Made by a program: the position numbers and the translations under genes. 64,000 bases of DNA from Callorhinchus milii (Eukaryota): assembly GCF_018977255.1 (NCBI RefSeq), contig NW_024704743.1, forward strand, positions 83,826,001 through 83,890,000, read 5' to 3'. Below are positions 26,238-38,190 of this stretch, one piece after another. The notes under the pieces were generated by a model. The model ran no database searches. It was not told the origin of the DNA and worked only from the letters and a program-made list of their open reading frames with translations. The number at the start of each line of letters is the position of its first letter. Position 1 is the first letter of the stretch.

Positions 26238-27792
26238 TGATGCTCCATAATTGCAAAAATACGCAAAGGTTGCCCTGAAATGAAGAATAAATTAAAATAG
26301 TTTCAGGAACAGGAAAAGAAAAGAAATGCATTAATCGAGAAGATGGAGCAGAGTTCAAATGGGTCCTCAGGGATAGCTACTAGAAGGTTTTCACAAAGTA
26401 CAGTAGGATTGAGAAAAAGTAAAACAAAGTTAGGGAAATGCATAATTAAAGTTGGTATTATTATCTATTTCTCCTCTAAAAGCATTATACGATCACTTTT
26501 TCAGTACAATAAATGTCTACTGTATATTTGATACACTATAATTGGAGTTAGGCAAATATATTAGTCAGGTTCCCATTCCTGCTGATTATAGTGCTGAAAC
26601 AAATCTGTTCAATACTTAATAAACAGCAATATTTAGTGATGCACCTTGTAAAAATGTGACACAGCCAAAATATTACCATTGAATGTTACATGATAGTTTC
26701 ATCCTCTAATATTAACTTAGGACATTATGCCTTCAAATTATTTTCCATGAGCAGTCTTGCAGGGAAGGAGGGTAATATGTTGGGCTGAACGTGTTAGACA
26801 GATGGAATGATGGACAGGAGGATGGGGGGGAGGGGTACAATGATAAGTCTTTTATAAATAAAATATAATAAAATAAATAAGTATTTTACTGTGATATTTA
26901 TTGTGATGGTGCTATTATTATTTTTGATATACTGAAGAGTTGTTACTGATATCTATCTAGAATATCTCTATAGCAATCTATACTAAATGAAGTAAAGGAA
27001 CTACTGAACATTAACTGTTTCCTTGGTTACAAATTACGTTCTTAAGATTTTTACGTTAAAGCTGACCAGATAGGGCATAAAGGTATTTTTCTGATTAAAG
27101 CGAAACTACCTGTACAACTCATGAAAGATACAATCACCCAACAAGAGCNTTTTTTGAAGACCACAGAAATATCAGCTTGAGATTGAGCTTTTCAATCAGC
27201 AAGTAATGTTAAAATCAATGTGCAGTTCTGAAGTGCCTCCCACAAACCACTGCACATTCCCTGGTGGGAATTTCACTTTGCTTCCTGCTAACACATTGCC
27301 ACCAACAGTTCCACATAATCTCCCTCTGCCCAGAGTTCATTTTTCAAGATTTCTTTTTGTAATGTGGTGCTTTCAGATGCTGGCTTCTTGTTTTATTTAT
27401 GTACAAATTAAATCATCTTCAGCCACTATATCCCTGCTGTCTGGAATTTCCCTTCACATTCCTCCGCATCACTCACATCCTCCCTCTGTCTTCAAAACGC
27501 TTTTGAAAACTGAAGAAAGCAATCAGCAAGACCAATGGGATGCTAGATTTTATTTTATTTCAATAGATCTGGAATATAGAAGTATGGAGCAGTGTGTTAT
27601 AGTGTGTTACCAGTTCTATGGAGTGATAGTCAGACCTCATTTGGAGAATCTTGCTCAATTTTGGGCATCCAATATTAGGAAGGATATAACTAACCTTGGA
27701 GGGTATCTAGTGATGGTTCACTAGACTAATATTTGGGCTAAAGGGGTTTAAGTGTGATGAGAAGCTGCATATATTGGGATTAGAAAGCCCTG

Positions 27793-28157
27793 TGGAATCC
27801 CATAGCATAGTGGGTAGTGCGCTCGCCTCGCATGCGAAAGCACCCGGGCTCGATTCCCAGATGGGGCAAAACCTGAGGCAAGTTTCCTTACTCCACACGT
27901 CTCTATTTATCTAGCAGTAGGTATGAACCTGGTTGTAGGTTGATTGGTGATTGTTTTTCGAGGGCAATAATCCCTCAAAACAAAATGTGGCCACTTAATC
28001 CATGACTATTTGTTTGACAGTGATGTGCGCAATTAGCTGCTGCGTTTTGCTCACAAAATATAGTCAATCCACTTTACAATATATTCTGTGAAGCGCTTTG
28101 AGATATCTTAACGATGTGATTAAGGTGCTATATCAAATGCAAGGATTATTATTATAT
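27793..28157 (+). mobile_element. tRNA-derived SINE, long variant, interrupting an old CR1 fragment
   Basis: Head, extra segment and tail. CR1-like coding sequence (VRPHLENLAQFWAS) lies on the left and resumes on the right. Confidence 0.8.
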
Positions 28158-28724
28158 TTAGAGCAGAGAAGCCTTTGGGATGATTTGATTGATGTATTCA
28201 AAACAAAAGAATTGACCGGTTCGACAGTGAATGACTCTTCCCTCTGGTAGAGGGATCTACAACAAACACTCGGAGGAGGGGAAAGGTGGGACACTGGCAC
28301 TGATGGCTGGTCTAGTAGCACAAGTGCTGGACTTGGTGGAAATTGATTTTTATTTTTCCTTATTTAATGGAAAAAATTAACTTAGTTTTAATTAATTTTT
28401 ACCTATATGTTTTTATCAAGCACATAATAGAACCAACTTCCAGTTTGTCAAGTCACCATGGATGTCATTTCTGGCACGTTGACCAGGATAATGAAATAAC
28501 TAACCTTAGCATTTAATATAATGCCTTATCATGTCGCCAACATGTCTCAAAACGTATTACTGTAAAGTAATTGTAGGCAAACATCCAATTTACACACAGC
28601 AACTTTCCACAGATAGCCACGACACCAATTAGAGGATTATTTGTCATTACACCAGTGTGAATGTAATTTCATTTCCATTGATTATTCGAGTACTACTTAA
28701 CCAACCGCCTCCACTTCATCTCGG

Positions 28725-29790
28725 CAAATGTTTTTTTCCTTCCGCCCTCGCCCAGTCACATGCAGGATTCCCCAGGGCTCCATCCTTGGCCTGCTTCTTT
28801 TCCTCATCTACGTGCTCCCTTTTGGCGATGTCATCTGCAGACATGGGGTAAACTTCCACATCTATGTGGATGACACACACATCTACTTCGCCTCCTATAG
28901 CTGCGACTCCAGGTCCACTGATATTCTATCAGCTTGTCTGGCAGACATCAAGGCCTGGATGAGCACAAACGTCCTGTAGCTGAATGTGGACAAGACAGAA
29001 GCCATACACCTTGGCTCCCGTCTTCACTCCTGTGGATCTGATCTCCTAAACCTCCTCAGCCTTTCCCTCAGACTCATACAATCTAGGTGACTGGTTTGAC
29101 CTGCCAGCTGTCCTTCTTTTCCCCACATTCAGTCCATGACCAGGACCATCCTCCTTCACCTCCACCACATTGCCCGCCTCTGACCGAACCTTACCTCAAA
29201 ATTCCGCCTCTGACCATCACTTCCCGCCTGGATTACTCAAACGCACCTGGATTACTCCGCGTTGGTCTCTCCAACAAGACTATTCAAAAAATCCAGCTCA
29301 TTCAGAACTCTGCTGCCTGCATACTTACCCAGACGAAACTCTGTACCTCTCATCAATTCTGGCCAGGCTCCACTGGCTCCCCATCACTGAATGGATCGAC
29401 TTCAAGCTCCTCACTCTCGGGTTCAAATCCCTTCACTCCCTGGCACCTCCCTACCTCTCCGACCTCCTCACTCCCCAATCCAACATTTGGTGCCTCCCCT
29501 CGACTGGCACCGGCCGCCTGCTTGTCCCTTGGACCCTAAGCTCCACCATTGGAGGTTGCACATTCAGCCACCATGCCGCGAAACTCTGGAGTACTCACCC
29601 TCAATCCCTCCACCCATTTTTCAAGCCCCACCTGAAAACCTTCCTTTTCGACCGTGCTTACGGTAACCTCCTGCCTCCCACCTCCCCACCTCCCCACTCC
29701 CCTGCTCGGAGCCAGGCTCCGCCACTGTTAAGTGCTCTAAGACACCACCCTGCGCGGAGGGTGCTTTATAAGTGCAAGTTATTGTTGTTG
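28725..29790 (+). mobile_element. 5'-truncated L2 LINE
   Basis: [36 protein letters not shown]...LHWLPITEWIDFK...LKTFLFD, with (TTG)n tail. Confidence 0.9.
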
Positions 29791-31340
29791 TTTCACCATT
29801 TCAGTTCTGCTCAGACAAACTTTACAATGGTTCTCAGTAATGTTTTGAACAGGCATTTGTTGTTCATAGCAGTTTTGTAAGTTTCTTAGATATTATGAGT
29901 AATATCTGTTTCAAGTACATTTCCAGTATTTCTAAACTCCAGTGATCAAATATCATGACGTAAGTCTTATCTTTACCCACCATATAATCACCTAAACTGT
30001 ACATTCAACTGAGTCCATTCAGTTTCCTATCAAAACAACTTAGATTTTTTTGCTCTACTCATATTATTCACCTGCTAACTCGTAACACTGCTCTCCTCCT
30101 TTCCATTACTCCCACACTTACTGACACAATTGCACCTACTGGCAGCTGCATTGAAGTGGGGGAAAAGTAGTCTTGATCCGTTGAGCTATGTGCAGAAGAA
30201 CTTCATTTCCACGATTCAATGAGGTTCCAATGCTTGCCGGTAAGTGCGCATGCAGAGGCGGGTCAAAACACATTAAATCGCAGGAAATGTAGTCTTGACC
30301 CATCACCGAATGCACACTTACCAGCTGCTTTAAATTAAGCATGTGCAGTGTAGATGTTAACTAATTTGGATTTTCTGCGACTTGTAGTTTGGCCGCAATT
30401 CGAGTTTCACTTAAGTCGTAAGTCATATTAAATACAATGGTCCTGACTAATTCGCTAATTTTACTTATATGAGTTTTATTGTATAAGTCTCACCACATCT
30501 TTGAAACATTGGTGCGATACCAGTCCATGCTTTACCTCATTCCTGTGAGTTTGGAAAATGATCTTTTTTTTTAAACAATGCTTTGTTTTCTTCTGTCTGC
30601 CATTACTAGAGTATGATGGGGGAAAATTGCAGAAACCCAGGTGCGTTTTATGCTTCAGGTGTCGTTTTACACATTGTTTTATCATGTATCCAATAAAGCA
30701 CACAAGTCAAGTGCCTCATTTGTATGACTAAGTACACAAAGGCCTAATACTGCAGCTGGTGTTTGACGTGAATATCTCCCAGCAGGGTAAAGGGGTCAAA
30801 ATGGGTCTGATTGATTTGACTGTGCACACTATTCAGAAATGAATTAGAGGATGGTACATGTGATACTTATTCATAATGACAAGCTTTCTAGGCAGATCAA
30901 TAATCTAAGGAGCATCAATAGTATTCAAGAAGATCTGGACCAATTAAGTAAATGCTAACGAGTGGCAAATAAATTCTGAGCTAGGTAGATGCAAGATGGT
31001 AAATGTTGGAACAAAGGTCAGTAAACATGCAAATTTGAAGGGCTGTCCATTAGCAAAGCTAGAGACGGAAATCATTTAGAAATGCTTATTGAACATTCAC
31101 AAAAGGTTTCACACAATGTTTGGAGCAAAAGTAATACAGGGGAGGGAACTAATCTTTGTAATTTCACTCACTGTAATGTGTCCTTCAATTACGTTTAACT
31201 TTCATTGTGATCAGTTTGCATCAAGCACCTCAAATCCAATACTGCTATCTTCACCTGGCTCTACTGGCTCCCAACCACCTCACTCCCGAGGACACACTTT
31301 AAGATCCTCATCCTTACCTTTAAATGTCTTTATAAAAATA

Positions 31341-31932
31341 AAAATTGCATTTGATATAGTGTCTTATCACATCATTGAGATGTCTCAAAGCTCTTCACAG
31401 AATATACTGTAAAGTGAATCGACTGTAGAATTTGTGGGTGAAACACAGTACCCAATTGCGCACAGCAGTGACCCACAAACATGTGGATTGAGTGACCAAT
31501 TTTTTTTAAGGGACTATTAACACCATAAAATGATCCGGTAATCGACTAATAACTGAGTTCCTACTTACTGCTAGGTAAACAGAGGTGTGTGGAGTAAGCA
31601 AACATGCTTAACATTCGCACTACCTGGGAATCAAACCTGCTCCTCTTTCTTGTTACAACAACAACAACAACAACAAGATTCCATTTATAGAGCGCCTTTC
31701 ACGTCAGGAGGACGTCCCAAGGCGCTGCACAGTTGGGTCATGACCCGAGCAGGGGGGAAATGGTCAGGGTGAGGGGAGGGAAGGGAGGGAGAGAGGAGGG
31801 GGGAAATGGTCTGGGTGAGGGGAGGGAAGGGAGGGAGCGAGGAGGAGGAAGAGAGTCGAGAGGGGAGCTGAAGGCACGGTCAAAGAGAAGGCGAGTTAGG
31901 CGAGTGCTCTAACCAATACCCTACAGGACTCC
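31341..31932 (-). mobile_element. Long-variant SINE containing an L2 3' fragment (31656-31891)
   Basis: SINE head interrupted by (CAA)n plus L2 3' UTR, with GTTA duplicated at 31652-31655 and 31895-31898. Confidence 0.85.
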
Positions 31933-32835
31933 ACATAGGTGGTAGTTCTGAGTGATAGGTAACAGTTAAGGATCGCCAAAATTTTACCCCATTGTAAACT
32001 CAAAATTTCATCAAGTCTTATAAGACCATTTAGCCCTAAAATTTAGTATCATGGAAAAGTGTAGAAAATTCTTAACTTGAGTTTGAATTTGGAAATCAGT
32101 TCTTGTCGAGAGAGATTGTGTGATGTTCTAACTTCCAAATGTCTCCAAGCCATCGCACAACCTGCCTCTGTGATCTGCAGCACTGTATTACTTACCTACT
32201 CCTCCCTCCACTCTGCTAATTCAGGTCTGCTTCATGAAGTTCTATGCCCCCTCCACCCGTTTCACCCACAAAATATATAGTCAATTTACTGTATATTCCG
32301 TGAAGCGCGTTGAGAGGTCACAAAGTCGTGATAAGGTGCTATATCAAAAGCAAGGATTATTATCATTATCCATTGGCAGGTGAGCTTTCAGCCAGCTTGT
32401 CCATCCAGTCTCTCTGATTCGCACCTTCCCTCTCTAGTTTCAAAATATTTCTAAAAACTTACTTCTTTAATCTTGCTTTTGGTCATGTTACTTCAACCTA
32501 ACCCCACCTTCCACTCTGCTCAGGCTCCTACTTCTTCTCTGTAAAGTTTTTTGAGACATTTTCCCATATTGAAGATACTATATAAGTGCAATTTGTTTTG
32601 TGAAATCCATGCTTTATGTGGTCTCTAGAAAGTGTAATGGCTTTTCCTTGTTCAATGCGCAGCAATTCCTTACTCAGTTGTAATGCAACAATGTTGCACA
32701 GCTTCCTTTTTGGAAGCAGAATAAAAAGGAATGTATTAACTCCACAAAGTATGGCCACATAAAAGCAAGGTATCACAATGTAATGGTGAAAATAACCCTT
32801 CATTGATGCAACCTGAGTGCGAGTGGAAAAATGTG

Positions 32836-33081
32836 CAGGCTGACCTCTGTATACTGACCCTTAGTTATAACGATCCCTTCCAGTTATAGCGAACTCGACA
32901 TTGAGACCCGTTTTTTCCAATTGATTGTTGCTCCGATATAGCGATTATTGAAGCAGTGCAGTCCCTGATATAACAATTTGCAATCAAGTCAAAATGGTGG
33001 GGTTGTTCGGCAGTCAATCACGTGAATATAATGCTTCTTTTCCCAAGTCCCCAGGGCTGTTGTTATACTGAGGTCAGCTTG
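32836..33081. mobile_element. Tc1/mariner (pogo/Tigger-like) MITE
   Basis: TIRs caggctgacctctgtata and tatactgaggtcagcttg, flanked by TG/TA. Internal repeated tata(a/g)cga motifs. Confidence 0.65.
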
Positions 33082-33685
33082 TATTCTGTGAATTGTATAT
33101 CATAGTTATATCGAACAATCAAATGAACTTCTGAATTAGCTCACCAATGTGTATAGAAGTGTATAGTAGTGTATAGAAAGCAGGACTGCAATGTGATAAA
33201 AGACAATACTATCATGCGCAAGACTAGTAACGGAAGTAAGATGGTTAGAAGTCCTTTTCATATCCGATGAAAGGTTTGAAGTACGATTCAGAAAATGGAT
33301 TTACTTGTCTACTGAAAGTACAGGATGGGTAGAACATTCAGGCTTTGGAGATTCAGTGCGCAACCACCGGAGAGTTGACAGCCCAATCATATCAAAATTG
33401 CTAATCATTTGATCCTAGACCTGTGAACTTTACAAAAGAATGCCATTCAGCTCAATGCATCTATGCTGCATCCTGCCTCAACCACCACTCCACGCAGGAC
33501 AATCTACAGTTCTGAGCAAAAATTTGCTTCTTTGTAATTATCTTAAATTGATGCCCTCTAGCCACTGACTTAATAACTATTGGAAATAATTTCTCCTGAT
33601 AATTTTAGAGTTATCAATCAGATTTCTCCTCAACCTTTATTTCAGTAAAAATAACTTCATCCTTGTAAATCTCCTTTGGCTCTCT

Positions 33686-33955
33686 TACGACTCTGATACT
33701 CGGTGGTTAGAGCACTCGCCTCGCAAGCAAGAAACCTGTGTTTGTTTCCTTAGTTCACATGCCTGATAATCCCTCAAGAAAAAAAAACAATTAGTCACTT
33801 CAATCCAAGACTGTTTGTGGGACACTGCTGTGTGCAATTGGCTGCCACGTTTCGCCCACAAATGTACAGTCAATTCACTTTACAGTATATTGAGACATCT
33901 AGAAGATGTGAAAAGTGCTATATCAAATGCAAAGATTATTATTATTATTATTATT
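33686..33955 (+). mobile_element. tRNA-derived SINE with an internal deletion
   Basis: ggtggttagagcactcgcc head and (TTA)n tail. Confidence 0.75.
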
Positions 33956-34357
33956 CCTCCTACACTGAATTGACCAAACTGGGACAAAACTCTAACAATT
34001 TATACAAGTTAAGCATCACCTGTTGGGTGTATATTCAGTACTTTCATTGGTTCCGATTTGGGAAACTTTGCAATTCTGTTTTTTACTTTTTTACAACTAA
34101 AAACAAGGGGAATAAAATTATAGATGCACACTTGAAGGTAGGACTACTGTAGGAATTTGTTCCTGAAAAATATAAAATGGGGAGTCAGAGAAGGAGAACT
34201 AAGAGGTAAATCAGGAGGGTGAGGGCACAATGTAATAATAAAATAAGTAGTCTTGTATTTGATATAGTGTTTTATCATGTTTTAGAGACGACACAAAGTG
34301 CTTCACAGAATACACTGTAAAGTGAATCAACTGTGTATTTGTAGCACTAAAACGATG

Positions 34358-34520
34358 CAGCTGATCTCGGTTGGGGCAGCAATTAGGTCATTAGCCTCAG
34401 TGCCCCTGGTTAACGTAGGGGAGAATCAGCAGAATCCGCTTGTATTCTCTACCTAGAGACGCTGGAGGGTTCATATGTGTTGGTGTTGGGTCAGATCATG
34501 ACCATGCCTGGCTCTGATCT
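34358..34520 (+). mobile_element. LF-SINE-like relic
   Basis: gctgatctcggttggggcagca...ttagcctcagtgcccctgg...ggggagaatcagc resembles the LF-SINE body as I recall it. Confidence 0.5.
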
Positions 34521-34984
34521 GTTGACAAAAGCAGCTTGATGCTGTCATGTGAGAAGGGTATGGCCTCTATTGTGAAATAATAATACAAACCTTGCATTTG
34601 ATATAGTGCCTTATCATATTGTTGAGACATCTCAAAGCGCTTCACAGTACATACTGTAAAGTGAAGTGACTGTATATTTTGTGGGTGAAACACGTCAGCC
34701 AATTGGACCAAATGAGCTTGAGGGCCTTTTGCATCCAAACCTCTCTTTGCATCTAAAAGAGTGAATGATTAATGTTAATAATCATCCTTGCATTTGATAT
34801 AGTGCCTCATCACCTTGTCAAGACGTCTCAAGGCACTTAACAGAATTTTCCTATGATGTGTAGTGACATCAGTGATGCCATTTGTAGGCAAACGTGGGAA
34901 CCAATTTGTGCACAGCAATTTTTCACAAGTAACTGTTTTCTAGCAAAGAAGTGCCTGATACGATCAGTTTTACTTTCTCCTCAG

Positions 34985-35302
34985 ACTGCCCAGACAGTGC
35001 TGGTGGTGATTGTAGTATTCTGCGTCTCTTGGCTGCCCCATCACGTGATCAACCTGTGGAGTGAGTTTGGACAGTTCCCGCTCACCGAAGCCTCCTTTGC
35101 CTTCAGAATAGCAGCTCACTGCCTGGCTTACAGCAACTCATCCGTGAACCCCATCATCTACGCCTTCCTGTCGGAAAACTTCAGGAAGTCATACCAACAA
35201 GTCTTCAAATGTAAAATCTGCAGCTCGTCTCCTTTAAAAGATACTAAGGAATGCAGAAGTCGGACGGACATTGTCCCATCCACCAGCTGCACCAATGTGT
35301 GA
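34985..35302 (+). CDS. GALR1: Galanin receptor type 1, coding exon 3 (TM6-TM7 and C-tail, stop TGA)
   Basis: Acceptor ttttactttctcctcag|ACT. Reads TAQTVLVVIVVFCVSWLPHH...HCLAYSNSSVNPIIYAFLSENFRK...DTKECRSRTDIVPSTSCTNV*. The NPxxY motif and C-terminus resemble GALR1 rather than GALR1-like or GALR2/3. Confidence 0.96.
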   Translation, partial: TAQTVLVVIVVFCVSWLPHHVINLWSEFGQFPLTEASFAFRIAAHCLAYSNSSVNPIIYAFLSENFRKSYQQVFKCKICSSSPLKDTKECRSRTDIVPSTSCTNV

Positions 35303-36621
35303 GATGGAAAATGGAGGCATTGGCAGTAAGTGTTAAAGTGACTGCATGGCCATCAGTGTTTCATTTCCATTAAGCAAAAGAGTAGCTATTGACACGATTC
35401 TGCTGTAATTTTATTTCAGGCGCTTTTATGCTTTGGAAACAGGATTTTTCTTTTGGCAGCTATGTACCCTCCTACATTGCTGCCCTCCATCCTCCCTGAT
35501 CCTAACCCCTCCCCCACCCCACTCGGGTCCTAATCCCTGACTTTTCAGCACCTTGAGATGTCCTCTCAATGTGAAAGACGCTTTACAAATGTGATTTTGC
35601 ATTTACATCTTTTCAACTGCACTTTAGACTCTCTCCCTGTTCCTTCCCCAGCTTCAGCTCCCAGTCAGCTATGTGAAGTAATTTGAGACAACAAAAAATT
35701 ACATTTGTATAGCATCCTCTTTACGTGAAAGGCACTGGATAAATGTAAATTACTGTTTTGTCTGCCACATGGAAACCTATCACCATGCTTACGAGTATCC
35801 AAACTGAACTACTGAGAGTTCAACCATATGCATGGTGTCTGTACATAACTCAAATGTCCAAAGATGGGATGAAATTACTGTATTCTTAACCATATACCAT
35901 CCTTTAATTAACACTGTGGATAATGAAAGAACACTTTATTGACCAAACAGAAAAAATTATAGTTAAAATGAGCTTAAAACCTGTCCTTAACATTAGGTCT
36001 GGATCTGTCTTTGAACTAAATTTATGAAAAGGCTGCTATTTGAAATGTAAAATTCTTATGTTGTCCAGAAGTCAGGTGTTCAGTCTCAAGCCTATTGATC
36101 GGGACATATTTTAAGGAAATGCTTTCAATTGTGGTTTCTGTTCCATAATTATTCCCAGTGTTAATTCAAAAATATATAACATTATGACTACTGCAATTTT
36201 CACCCCATAATGTGAGTGTGGCAGACTGCACTGTTAAAAGTGCTATACAAGTGTAATTTTGTTTTGTTGTTGTAAAAGAAGCAGATTATGGGAACAGACT
36301 AGGACTATGAGTTACAGAGAAGTCTGGCCAGACCAATTTGTTCATTGCTCAGAGATCACTAGAATGGGATCTGCAGCAACAATTGTACTTATTTGTAGAT
36401 TGTCCTCAAAATATTGAGATTGCATGCTTCATTGTAAGAAACGTTGATATTAAAACCAATTCCAAGGGAGAAACCCCCCCAGCAAAATAGCATTTAGCAT
36501 ATCCATAGTTAACATGACAATGGCAACCAGAATATAATGGATCAATATTCCATTGTATGCTTGGGCTGAAACACAAACTGCCTGTGTGACAAAAGTGCCC
36601 CTTAATACAGCATTATGTGCT

Positions 36622-36736
36622 AATAAATGTTATGCTCTATACTCTTCAGTAAGTGATGTCATTGGGAAATAGAGATTTGAGTGAGTTGATGACACAAAGT
36701 AGAATTTGTAGATACATTTCCCGTTTGTTTAATAAA
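36622..36736 (+). terminator. Candidate GALR1 polyadenylation signals (AATAAA at 36622 and 36731)
   Basis: Canonical hexamers 1.3-1.4 kb downstream of the stop codon with U-rich sequence after them. Usage is not demonstrated. Confidence 0.35.
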
Positions 36737-36936
36737 CCTCTCTCATTTTGAATTTATTTCCTGTCCCATTTCTAGCCTTTTCTGAGTTTGGATCCTGCCC
36801 TGTCCTCTCTGTGTGGTAACAATATAGTGGAGAGCAGAGACTAACGAGGGGTAAATATCCACTGATCTATCATCATCAGCAAATACTTACAAAGGGTACC
36901 TTTTATTTAGGATGCACCAAGACAGTGTAATTCCAC

Positions 36937-37170
36937 AACAACAACAAGATTACATTTGTATCGCACCTTTCACGTCGGGAGGACGTCCCAAGGCGCTAGG
37001 CGCTGGAGAGTGTACAGCATTTCGAACCCGAGCTGGGGGCAGGGGGAGAAGGGAAGGGGGGGGCGACCACTGGCATGGTCGAAGAAGAGGATTTTGAGGT
37101 GGGACTTGAAGGAGGCAAAGGAGGGGCGAGGCGGAGTGATTGGGGGATGGAATTCCAGAGGTTGGGGGCA
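36937..37170 (-). mobile_element. L2 3' end fragment
   Basis: (CAA)n tail and 3' hairpin. Confidence 0.75.
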
Positions 37171-37739
37171 GATTCCAGCCAGATATCATGAGGCTTTTCT
37201 ATACTCAGAGGGTAAAGATTATCAGTAAGGGTGGTTAAGGCTGGGATGTTTGAAAACAGCTTGATTCTGTAAAGGATGGATGGTAGGGGTGGGTGTTTTC
37301 GAGGGATGAGATCATATGGGTCGAAGAACCTTCTTCATCCAACACAATCCTACAATATGTAGACACTGCCGAGATCAATAACTTTACCAATGTTAATGCA
37401 GTAATCTACCTCTGTGCAAATGTGCAGTGGGACACCAAAAGTGCAGCATGCTTTAACAAAATAATGGCTGTATTGTTTCAGGTGAGAAGGAAGAATTTGC
37501 AACTTAATAGCACCATATCTAGTTGAAACACCTCAAAGTGGTAATTACTGTCAATTACTGTCAAGTGCAGCAGTCATTTGCAAGAGAAAGGTCACATGAA
37601 CAGCTGTGAGATGACCAATAATAATTATAGTTACATAGAGTGATATAGTGCTTTTCACGTCTTCGAGACGTTTCAAAGTGCTTCGCAGAATATACTGACT
37701 ATATTTGTGGGTGAAGTATGATTATTGGCTCAGATACAG

Positions 37740-38190
37740 TCTCATTTCAAATCCTGTTATAGTCTGCCACATTACATGAAAGATAAAATAGCTCTGGAAA
37801 ATGTACAATATAGATTTACGAGGATGCTATGGATAAGTGGATGCAGCTCGCAAGAAAAATTGGACAGGTTTCAGCTTTTGAGAATTGAGAAGGGACCTGA
37901 TAGAAATATTTGAGATATGAACGGATGCAATAAGGTGAATATTTATAGACTGTTTCAAGTTGTTTGCAATTCAGAAACCAAAGAGCATTAATATACGATG
38001 GCCAGTAGTAGATCTGACAGGCAATTTAGGAAGAATTTCTTCATTGCAGAGGTTGGCGAATCACTCCTGAAGCTGTGGTTGAAGCAAAAATGCATCAATG
38101 TACTTAAAAGAAAATTTGATGGGAGGCTTGTGTGGAGCATAAACACTGGCATTAGACTAGTTGGGCTGAATGACCTGTTTCCATGCCGTC
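37740..38190 (+). mobile_element. Old CR1 3' fragment
   Basis: KDKIALENVQYRFTRML and FRKNFF peptides, plus a gggctgaatgacctgttt 3' UTR. Confidence 0.7.

Noticed and set aside
27149..27149. Single N base
   Set aside because: Assembly ambiguity. It is a caution about local sequence quality, not biology.
34853..34984. 5' part of the 149-aa ORF
   Set aside because: Intronic and SINE-derived. Homology starts at the acceptor at 34985.
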